Below, in pieces: positions 56,865 through 64,000 of a stretch of 64,000 nt of DNA (the first letter of the stretch is position 1; every line of letters begins with the position of its first letter). The stretch covers positions 45,050 to 109,049 of the forward strand of contig DHVE01000129.1 in the NCBI GenBank assembly GCA_002412495.1, given 5' to 3'. The notes beneath the pieces were generated by a model. The model made no database searches, was not told the origin of the DNA, and worked only from the letters and a program-made list of their open reading frames with translations. The DNA is from Betaproteobacteria bacterium UBA5216. Its GTDB lineage: Bacteria; Pseudomonadota; Gammaproteobacteria; Burkholderiales; SG8-41. The translations under genes were made by a program, and so were the position numbers.

Positions 56865-57104
56865 TCAGGCATCGGAGGATTCCGATCCGTTGATGCCGTG
56901 CTGCAACCAGCACGTCAGCGCGCTGGATGCAGCAGCAAACGCCCAAAACAGAAAAAAGCCCAAGGTATAAACCGCAGAGCGGCTCAGTTCCAGCGGCTGG
57001 CCGAACAAATGCAGATCGGTGGGATCGACCATGCTGAAAAACACCCCTTCCGCAACCACGCCCACCAGGAATGAAGGCCAGAGTATCCACATCGCGTGTT
57101 TCAT
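56865..57104 (-). CDS. Small two-helix membrane protein (cco cluster associated)
   Basis: MKHAMWILWPSFLVGVVAEGVFF...YTLGFFLFWAFAAASSALTCWL. Start trimmed to ATG 57104. Confidence 0.5.
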   Translation of the reverse strand: MKHAMWILWPSFLVGVVAEGVFFSMVDPTDLHLFGQPLELSRSAVYTLGFFLFWAFAAASSALTCWLQHGINGSESSDA

Positions 57105-57118
57105 GGCGGCCTCCTCTT

Positions 57119-57679
57119 CTACTGCCCGCGCGCAGTGAGTTCGGTATGCGTGGTGCCCGGCAGGCGCAACTCGCCCACCAGACGCCATGCACGCTCGTGA
57201 TCCTCCAGTTCCAGCCGCCAGCGGCCCGCCGACAGCGGCGGCAATGCCGCTACATAATGCCCGCCGGGCGCGCCCTGCAAGGTCTGCGAGGTCTGCACGC
57301 CGGGTTGAGGCTGCAGGGTCAGCGGCAACACCAGGTCGCGGCCCGGCCGCGTCGGATGCACCACCCGCAGCACCAGGCGAGATGATCGCGGCGCGAGGTT
57401 CATGATGACGGTAATACGATTCTCGTCAGGCGCCACCGTCACGCGCGCACGATAGGACAGTGCGCTTGCAGCCGCGTCGCGCGACAACACCTGATTCACC
57501 GCCAAGCCCTGTTTGTAGTAGTCATCGGACACCAGACCATCGTTGCTCGTCAGCGCGAGCCAGACCGTCACCATGCCCGCCAGGATCACGGCCACCGGCC
57601 CTGCCATCAGCAGCCACGGCCAAGGCTCGCGATACCAGGGCTGCAAGGGATGGGGATGCACAATTTGGGATTGACTCAT
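57119..57679 (-). CDS. ccoH: FixH/CcoH-family protein
   Basis: WYREPWPWLLMAGPVAVILAGMVTVWLA...DDYYKQGLAVNQ is the FixH signature. Its position after ccoG fits. Confidence 0.8.
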   Translation of the reverse strand: MSQSQIVHPHPLQPWYREPWPWLLMAGPVAVILAGMVTVWLALTSNDGLVSDDYYKQGLAVNQVLSRDAAASALSYRARVTVAPDENRITVIMNLAPRSSRLVLRVVHPTRPGRDLVLPLTLQPQPGVQTSQTLQGAPGGHYVAALPPLSAGRWRLELEDHERAWRLVGELRLPGTTHTELTARGQ

Positions 57680-57689
57680 GGTGCCCTCG

Positions 57690-59135
57690 CTAACGCATGT
57701 AAAAGCGGGATTTTTCATCGACCTTCAACGCGGGATCGTCGGCGTCTTCGACGTGAAACCGGATGGTGTATGTTCCGGGCTTGAGGTTCGCCGGATCGGC
57801 GCGCACCGCAACCGCGACCGACGCGGTGTGCGCGCCGGCCACGGCAACCGGCTGCGCGGCCATGACTTGCAGCCCCGCGCGGCCCGATTCGGGCGTCGCG
57901 GTGATGGTGAACCGCCGATCGCGCTCGCTCGTATTCATGATCTGCAGGCGATAAACGTTTTCGATCATGCCGTCGCGTGTTTCGCGCGCCAGCATGGCGC
58001 GATCGCGGATCACATCCACCTTGAGCGGCGTGCGCAAGTACAGCGCGCCCAGCAGCACGCAGGTAATGGCCAGCAACAAGGCGCCGTAGATCAGGGTGCG
58101 CGTGCGCAGCACGCGCCGCCACATGCGCCGCACATCCCATTTCGCCGCGACGGCGTTCAGCGTCGAGTAGCGTATGAGGCCGCGGGCATAACCCATCTTG
58201 TCCATCACCTGATCGCAGCCGTCAATACACGCGGCGCACCCGATACACTCGTACTGCAGCCCCTTGCGAATGTCGATACCGGTCGGGCACACCTGCACGC
58301 AGATGCCACAATCGACGCAATCGCCAACGCCCAGCCTTGCACGGTCGGCGGAGCGGCTGCGCGAGCCGCGCGGCTCTCCGCGCTGCGCGTCATAGGTGAT
58401 GATCAGCGTATCGCGGTCGAACATCGCGCTTTGAAAGCGCGCGTACGGGCACATGTATTTGCAAACCTGTTCGCGCATCCAGCCTGCGTTGCCGTAGGTC
58501 GCGAACGAATAAAACAGAATCCAGAAGGTTTCCCACGGCCCCAGCGTCGCGGACGCCACTTCGCCCAGCAGCGTGCGTATGGGCGTGAAATAGCCGACAA
58601 AGGTCAACCCTGTCCATAACGCAATGCCGATCCACAGGCCGTGCTTGAGCGCCTTGCGTGACAGGCGCACGGCATTCGCGGGGCCGCGGTCGAGGCGCAT
58701 GCGTTGCATGCGGTCGCCCTCCACCATGCGCTCGATCCACATGAAAATTTCCGTATACACGGTCTGCGGGCAGGCATAGCCGCAAAACAACCGCCCCGCC
58801 ACGGCGGTAAACAAGAACAGCGACAGCGCGGACACCACCAGCAGCCCGGTCAGAAATATAAAATCCTGCGGCCACAGCACCCAGCCGAACACATAGAACT
58901 TGCGCGCGCCTAGGTCGAACAGCACCGCCGGACGCGCGTTCCACACGAGCCAGGGCAAGCCATAGAAAATCAGTTGCGTGGCGAGCACCAGCGCAATGCG
59001 CCAGCGGGCAAACCAGCCATGCACCGCGCGCGGATAAATTTTTTGGCGGACTTCATAGAGTGAAGCCTCGCTGTCGCTGCCACCAGGGCTAACCCCGGCT
59101 GGCGCGGGCGGCAGCCCGCTCGCCGGATGTCGCAT
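57690..59135 (-). CDS. ccoG: Cytochrome c oxidase accessory protein CcoG/FixG (polyferredoxin)
   Basis: CGYACPQTV, CKYMCPYARFQ, CVDCGICVQVCPTGIDIR...CIGCAACIDGC. Confidence 0.9.
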   Translation of the reverse strand: MRHPASGLPPAPAGVSPGGSDSEASLYEVRQKIYPRAVHGWFARWRIALVLATQLIFYGLPWLVWNARPAVLFDLGARKFYVFGWVLWPQDFIFLTGLLVVSALSLFLFTAVAGRLFCGYACPQTVYTEIFMWIERMVEGDRMQRMRLDRGPANAVRLSRKALKHGLWIGIALWTGLTFVGYFTPIRTLLGEVASATLGPWETFWILFYSFATYGNAGWMREQVCKYMCPYARFQSAMFDRDTLIITYDAQRGEPRGSRSRSADRARLGVGDCVDCGICVQVCPTGIDIRKGLQYECIGCAACIDGCDQVMDKMGYARGLIRYSTLNAVAAKWDVRRMWRRVLRTRTLIYGALLLAITCVLLGALYLRTPLKVDVIRDRAMLARETRDGMIENVYRLQIMNTSERDRRFTITATPESGRAGLQVMAAQPVAVAGAHTASVAVAVRADPANLKPGTYTIRFHVEDADDPALKVDEKSRFYMR

Positions 59136-59188
59136 TTGGGCTACCTTGCTCCTGCCTGGACTGTCATCGCTTTCATCGGCGTTTACGT

Positions 59189-60082
59189 TTAGTGCGACAA
59201 GCCGTAGACGTAGGCCGTCAACAAATGAATCTTGCCTTCGTCGAGGAAGCCCTTGTGCGCGGGCATGGCGCCGTTTCGGCCCTTGGTGATGCTTTCAATG
59301 ATGGCCGTGTTCGAACCGCCGTGCAGCCACACATCGTCGGTCAGATTGGGCGCACCGATCTGCGGATTGCCCTTGCCGTTCGCGCCGTGACAGGCCGCGC
59401 AGATGGTCTCGAACTTTGGCTTGCCGCGAAAAGCACGCAAGCCATCGCTGGGTCTGCCGCTGATACTAAACAGGTATTCCAGGACATCCCGCGCCCCGTC
59501 TTCGCCACCCAGCGCACCACCCATGGGCGGCATCACGCCGTTGCGGCCTTCCATGATGCTCGCGCGGATGGCTTCCGGCTCGCCGCCATACAGCCAGTCG
59601 GTATCGCGCAGATTCGGGAAACCGCGCGAACCGCCCGCGTCGGAACCGTGGCATTGCGCGCAATACGTCAGGAACAGGCGCTGTCCCATTTCGCGCGCCT
59701 TGGGATCGGCCGCGACGGTTTTGATGTCCTGCTTGAGAAACTTGTCGATAACCGGTCCATGCTGTGCCACGGCGCTCGCCTGCTCCGCCTGATACTGCCC
59801 GCTGGAACTCCAGTTGAAATAACCCGCATGGCTGCCGAGCCCTGGATACAGTGCCAGATAGGCAACACCGAACACAATGGTGATCACAAACAACCACATC
59901 CACCAGCGCGGCAGCGGATGATTCCCTTCTTCAAGGTCCTCGTCCCAGACATGCCCCGTCGTGCCGGCATCGCCGGAGCCACGGCTGGACAGGCCGAATA
60001 AAAGCACGGCACACGCCACAATGCTGATCAGCGTGATCACCGCGACATACAGTCCCCAGGCGTCGTGCGTGAAGTCGCTCAT
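59189..60082 (-). CDS. ccoP: cbb3-type cytochrome c oxidase subunit P (di-heme)
   Basis: N-terminal TM helix, PRWWMWLF, and two CXXCH motifs (CAQCH, CAACH). Confidence 0.9.
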   Translation of the reverse strand: MSDFTHDAWGLYVAVITLISIVACAVLLFGLSSRGSGDAGTTGHVWDEDLEEGNHPLPRWWMWLFVITIVFGVAYLALYPGLGSHAGYFNWSSSGQYQAEQASAVAQHGPVIDKFLKQDIKTVAADPKAREMGQRLFLTYCAQCHGSDAGGSRGFPNLRDTDWLYGGEPEAIRASIMEGRNGVMPPMGGALGGEDGARDVLEYLFSISGRPSDGLRAFRGKPKFETICAACHGANGKGNPQIGAPNLTDDVWLHGGSNTAIIESITKGRNGAMPAHKGFLDEGKIHLLTAYVYGLSH

Positions 60083-60252
60083 CGTTGTGCCCTCGATCTC
60101 GCCGGCAGGTTATCTTCGTCGTCGTTAAGCGCGAGGCGCGCCGCCGCTTCAAAGTCTTCGCTGCGACGCGAACTCCATGCCCACACCACAATGCCAATGA
60201 ATGCCGCAAACAGCACCACCGTCATGATCGATCTGAATAGTCCTATATCCAT
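60079..60252 (-). CDS. ccoQ: cbb3-type cytochrome c oxidase subunit Q
   Basis: 57-aa ORF below the track cutoff: MDIGLFRSIMTVVLFAAFIGIVVWAWSSRRSEDFEAAARLALNDDEDNL... Its stop overlaps the ccoP ATG (ATGA). Confidence 0.8.
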   Translation of the reverse strand: MDIGLFRSIMTVVLFAAFIGIVVWAWSSRRSEDFEAAARLALNDDEDNLPARSRAQR

Positions 60253-60279
60253 GCTTACCGCACCTCATTCAGTTGCGTC

Positions 60280-60900
60280 TTATTTGACATTGCGCAGCAC
60301 CAGGCCCAATCCCTGCAAATAGGCGATCAGCGCATCCATTTCCGTCTTGCCTTTAACGCTTTGTGCGGCGGCATCGATGTCGGCGTCGGCATACGGCACG
60401 CCCACCGAACGCAACGCGCGCATCTTCGCGGGCAGCACCGCCGCATCGACTGCGGCGTTTTGCAGCCATGCATAGGCCGGCATATTTGACTCCGGCACCA
60501 GATCGCGCGGATTAATCAGGTGCAGGCGATGCCACTCATCGGAGTAACGCCGGCCCACGCGGGCCAGATCGGGGCCGGTGCGTTTAGAGCCCCACAGAAA
60601 CGGATGGTCATAGACGAATTCGCCCGCCACCGAATAGTGACCATAACGCTCGGTTTCGGCGCGAAACGGCCGGATCATCTGCGAATGGCAGTTACCGCAG
60701 CCTTCGCGCACATAGATGTCGCGGCCGGCAAGCTGGATCGCGGTGTAGGGCTTCAGTCCGGCCACGGGCTGCGTGGTGGACTTCTGAAAGTACAGCGGCA
60801 CGATCTCCACCAGCCCGCCGACGCTGATGACCAGGATCACCAGCACCATCAGGAGGCCGATGTTGCGTTCAATAATAGTGTGTGCGGATGTGAAGTTCAT
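60280..60900 (-). CDS. ccoO: cbb3-type cytochrome c oxidase subunit O (mono-heme)
   Basis: [12 protein letters not shown]...VEIVPLYF...[17 protein letters not shown]. Start trimmed to ATG 60900. Confidence 0.9.
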   Translation of the reverse strand: MNFTSAHTIIERNIGLLMVLVILVISVGGLVEIVPLYFQKSTTQPVAGLKPYTAIQLAGRDIYVREGCGNCHSQMIRPFRAETERYGHYSVAGEFVYDHPFLWGSKRTGPDLARVGRRYSDEWHRLHLINPRDLVPESNMPAYAWLQNAAVDAAVLPAKMRALRSVGVPYADADIDAAAQSVKGKTEMDALIAYLQGLGLVLRNVK

Positions 60901-60919
60901 AATGAAATTAGCCTTCGTT

Positions 60920-62344
60920 CTAGGCGTGCGCAACACGCACGGCGGGTATCGACGCTTCGAAGGGGCGCTGGCCCGCGACGGTTTTCCATACGTTCCATGC
61001 CATGATCAGCATGCCGCTGAAGTACAGCAGCCCGCCCATGAGACGGATCACATAATAGGGATAGGTGGCCTTGACCGATTCGGCGAAGCTGTAGGTCAAC
61101 GTGCCGTCGTCGTTCACCGCGCGCCACATCAGGCCCTGCATCACGCCGGCAATCCACATTGCCGCGATATACAGCACGATGCCGATGGTGGCCACCCAGA
61201 AATGCACGTTGATGAGCTGCACGCTGTGCATGGTGGCGCGACCGTAGAGCCGCGGAATCAGGTAGTAGAGGCTGCCCATCGACACCAGTCCCACCCACCC
61301 CAGCGCGCCCGAGTGAACATGTCCCACCGTCCAGTCGGTATAGTGCGACAGCGCGTTGACGGTCTTGATCGCCATCATCGGCCCCTCGAACGTGGACATG
61401 CCATAAAACGACAGCGACACCACCAGAAACTTGAGTATCGGGTCGTCGCGAAGCTTATGCCACGCGCCCGATAGCGTCATGATGCCGTTGATCATGCCGC
61501 CCCATGACGGCGCCAGCAGAATCAGCGAGAAAATCATGCCGAGCGACTGCGCCCAGTCCGGCAGCGCGGTGTAATGCAGGTGATGCGGCCCCGCCCACAT
61601 ATAAGTGAATATGAGCGCCCAGAAATGCACCACCGACAGCCGGTAGGAATAAATCGGCCGTTCCGCCTGCTTGGGAATGAAGTAATACATCATGCCCAGA
61701 AATCCGGCGGTCAGAAAAAATCCCACCGCATTGTGGCCGTACCACCATTGCACCATCGCGTCCTGCACGCCCGCATAGACCGAGTACGATTTCCAGAACG
61801 TCACGGGCACCGCCGCGCTATTGACCAGGTGCAGCACCGCCACGGTGAGAATAAATGCGCCGAAAAACCAGTTGGCGACATAAATATGCGGCGTCTTGCG
61901 TTTAGCCACTGTGCCGAAAAACACCACCGCGTACGACACCCACACCAGCGTGATCAGAATATCAATCGGCCATTCGAGTTCGGCGTATTCCTTGGCGGTG
62001 CTGATGCCCAGCGGCAGCGTAATCGCCGCCAGCACGATCACCGCCTGCCAGCCCCAGAACGTAAAGGATGCCAGTGCCGGCGCGAACAAGCGCGCGTGGC
62101 AGGTGCGCTGCACCACGTAATAAGAGGTGGTGAACAGCGCGGAACCGCCGAACGCAAAGATCACCGCGTTGGTGTGCAACGGCCGCAATCGGCCATACGA
62201 CAGCCACGGCGTCACATTCAATTCCGGCCAGATCAGTTGTGCGGCGATCAGGACCCCCACGAGCATTCCGACCACCCCCCACACCACCGTCATCAAAGCA
62301 AACTGCCGCACTACGGTGTAGTTATACGTCTCGCGCAATTCCAT
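60920..62344 (-). CDS. ccoN: cbb3-type cytochrome c oxidase catalytic subunit N
   Basis: 474 aa, 12 or more helices, with [27 protein letters not shown] and [17 protein letters not shown] heme/CuB ligand motifs. Confidence 0.95.
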   Translation of the reverse strand: MELRETYNYTVVRQFALMTVVWGVVGMLVGVLIAAQLIWPELNVTPWLSYGRLRPLHTNAVIFAFGGSALFTTSYYVVQRTCHARLFAPALASFTFWGWQAVIVLAAITLPLGISTAKEYAELEWPIDILITLVWVSYAVVFFGTVAKRKTPHIYVANWFFGAFILTVAVLHLVNSAAVPVTFWKSYSVYAGVQDAMVQWWYGHNAVGFFLTAGFLGMMYYFIPKQAERPIYSYRLSVVHFWALIFTYMWAGPHHLHYTALPDWAQSLGMIFSLILLAPSWGGMINGIMTLSGAWHKLRDDPILKFLVVSLSFYGMSTFEGPMMAIKTVNALSHYTDWTVGHVHSGALGWVGLVSMGSLYYLIPRLYGRATMHSVQLINVHFWVATIGIVLYIAAMWIAGVMQGLMWRAVNDDGTLTYSFAESVKATYPYYVIRLMGGLLYFSGMLIMAWNVWKTVAGQRPFEASIPAVRVAHA

Positions 62345-62372
62345 AAGCTCCCCTTAACGAATGTCTTCAATG

Positions 62373-62570
62373 CTACGAAACCGGCCGGCGCGGCATTTGA
62401 TCCAGATCAAGCCGCTTGGTGATTGCGGGTTCGTCGTCATCCATCAGCACCCGGTGCGCCGGCCCCTCCAGATCATCAAACTGCCCGCCGCGCAGCGCCC
62501 ACCAGAAGGCAAGGCCCACCGGTATCACCAGCGCCACCGACAGCGGAATCAGCAGATAAAGAATATCCAT
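62373..62570 (-). CDS. ccoS: cbb3 oxidase maturation protein CcoS/FixS
   Basis: MDILYLLIPLSVALVIPVGLAFWWALRGGQFDDLEGPAHRVL is the family signature. Confidence 0.85.
   Translation of the reverse strand: MDILYLLIPLSVALVIPVGLAFWWALRGGQFDDLEGPAHRVLMDDDEPAITKRLDLDQMPRRPVS
62397..62410. promoter_or_regulatory. FNR box TTGATCCAGATCAA (perfect half-sites) for ccoN
   Basis: The centre is 59.5 nt upstream of the ccoN ATG 62344 (RBS GGGGAG). The box lies inside the 3-prime end of the ccoS coding sequence. Confidence 0.75.
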
Positions 62571-62572
62571 GC

Positions 62573-64000
62573 TTACCCCGCCGTTGGCCGCGTTGCCGGG
62601 CTCGCGAAATCAGGCGATGCGATGCCCGCCTCACTCGCCGTACCTTCGGCGCTACGCATCAGCCGCATCGCGTTGCCAACCACCAGCAACGATGAAATGG
62701 ACATGCCGGCGGCGGCGGCCAGCGGGGTGACATGGCCCAACACCGCGAGCGGCACCGCCACGACGTTATAGGCAAACGCCCACGCCAGATTCTGGTAAAT
62801 CACGCGCATCGTGCGGCGCGACATGCGCACCGCCGAAAGCAGCGGTTGCAGGCTTCCGGAATACAGCACAATGTCCGCGGCGGTCTGCGCCAATACGGCG
62901 CCTGAACCCAATGCAATCGACACCTGCGCCCGTGCCAGCACCGGCGCATCATTGACGCCATCGCCGATCATCGCCACGATGGCTCCGTCTTCCTGCAACG
63001 CGCGCACATAGGCAAGCTTGCCGTCGGGCGCCGCCTCGCCGCGTGCCTCGGACACGCCCAGTTTTGCGGCTACGCGCCGCACGTGCGTCTCCCGATCACC
63101 CGAGAGCATGCATACGGTGGCACCGCTCTCTTTCAGCGCATGCACCACCTGCCGTGCATCATGACGCAACGGGTCACCCAGCGTGAACATCGCAATCCAG
63201 CCCCGTTCGTCGCCCAGCACCACGCACACCACGTCGTCGCTGATCAACGCAACATCATCGGTCATCGGCTGGCCATGCAGCGCCGCGACAAACGCCACGG
63301 AGCCGATGCGCATGCGCCGGCCATCCACAACGCCTTCAATGCCCTTGCCCGCGACGTTGCGCGCCTCGCGTGCGCACGGCACTGGCGGCGCTGGCACGTC
63401 CATGAACGCACGGGCCACTGGATGTTCGGACACAGCTTCGAGCGCGCGCGCATAGGCGATGCACGTCTCGCGGCTGTGCGCGCGATGGCCCTGGTTACCA
63501 TTGCCATCGCCATTGCGATTACCAAGCGGAAACACACCCATCAATGTCATGCGTCCCTCGGTCAGCGTGCCGGTTTTATCAAACACAAAATGCGTCGCGC
63601 GTGCGAGGGTCTCCAACGCATGCCCCCGCGTGAGCAACACGCCGGTGCGCTGCAGCGCACCAGTAGCCGCGCTCAAGGCGGCCGGCGTGGCCAGCGCAAG
63701 CGCGCACGGGCAGGTAATCACCAGCAGCGCCAGCGTTATTTCAAAAACCCTAGAATAATCAATTACATACCAAACTATGGCGGTAACGACGGCCACCGCC
63801 AGCAACGCCGCCGAAAACACCCCGGCTGCGCGATCCGCCAGTACCGCGACGCGCGGCTTTTCCGACAAGGCGCGATCCATCAGGCGCGTAATGCCGGCCA
63901 GCGTGGTATCCGGCCCGGTTTTTTCGACCCGCATCTCAAGCACGCCCGCGCCATTGACGGCGCCTGCGGTCAGCCGGTCGCCACATCGCTTCGGAATGGC
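62573..64000 (-). CDS. ccoI: Copper-translocating P1B-type ATPase CcoI/FixI (C-terminal part; ORF continues past the window end)
   Basis: CPCALALATP, DKTGTLTEG, MIGDGVNDAPVLA. The frame stays open upstream to position 64000 (...IPKRCGDRLTAGAVNGAGVLEM...). Confidence 0.9.
   Translation of the reverse strand, partial: AIPKRCGDRLTAGAVNGAGVLEMRVEKTGPDTTLAGITRLMDRALSEKPRVAVLADRAAGVFSAALLAVAVVTAIVWYVIDYSRVFEITLALLVITCPCALALATPAALSAATGALQRTGVLLTRGHALETLARATHFVFDKTGTLTEGRMTLMGVFPLGNRNGDGNGNQGHRAHSRETCIAYARALEAVSEHPVARAFMDVPAPPVPCAREARNVAGKGIEGVVDGRRMRIGSVAFVAALHGQPMTDDVALISDDVVCVVLGDERGWIAMFTLGDPLRHDARQVVHALKESGATVCMLSGDRETHVRRVAAKLGVSEARGEAAPDGKLAYVRALQEDGAIVAMIGDGVNDAPVLARAQVSIALGSGAVLAQTAADIVLYSGSLQPLLSAVRMSRRTMRVIYQNLAWAFAYNVVAVPLAVLGHVTPLAAAAGMSISSLLVVGNAMRLMRSAEGTASEAGIASPDFASPATRPTAG

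Overview
High-GC proteobacterial chromosome (gene content and a PRLRGND-type palindromic repeat look betaproteobacterial; taxon not provable from here). The window is organised around low-oxygen physiology. It holds three Cys-motif FNR paralogs, two of them a recent duplication. I count about 17 TTGAT-N4-ATCAA boxes in intergenic regions, 9 of them perfect. There is a FixL-like PAS histidine kinase with a NarL/FixJ-type regulator, and five universal stress proteins. A complete cbb3 oxidase cluster (ccoISNOQP-GH) is present, plus B12-dependent NrdJ, a formate/nitrite channel and a hemerythrin-like protein. Protease and stress genes include a second FtsH, a Lon-like protease and CbpA/CbpM. Other genes are MgtA with two MgtC-type proteins, a NodT-MacA-MacB efflux system and aspartate 4-decarboxylase. 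No transposase, integrase, phage gene, CRISPR array, tRNA or rRNA was seen. The best candidates for undescribed systems are three. First, a six-gene translationally coupled minus-strand operon: Lon-like protease, tandem USP-like protein, amino-acid dehydrogenase, and 2-oxoacid:ferredoxin oxidoreductase gamma-delta/alpha/beta, behind a perfect FNR box. Second, a tight operon: CYTH fusion protein, ion-transporter-superfamily permease, MgtC, CbpA, CbpM. Third, a convergent pair of archaeal-signature genes (CDP-archaeol synthase-like and COG2403/cDPG-synthetase-like). A lower-GC islet (about 52.2-56.1 kb) carries a repeated leader element with a hairpin supported by compensatory substitutions. All functional calls come from reading translations against remembered family motifs. 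No database search was run, and start codons are inferred.
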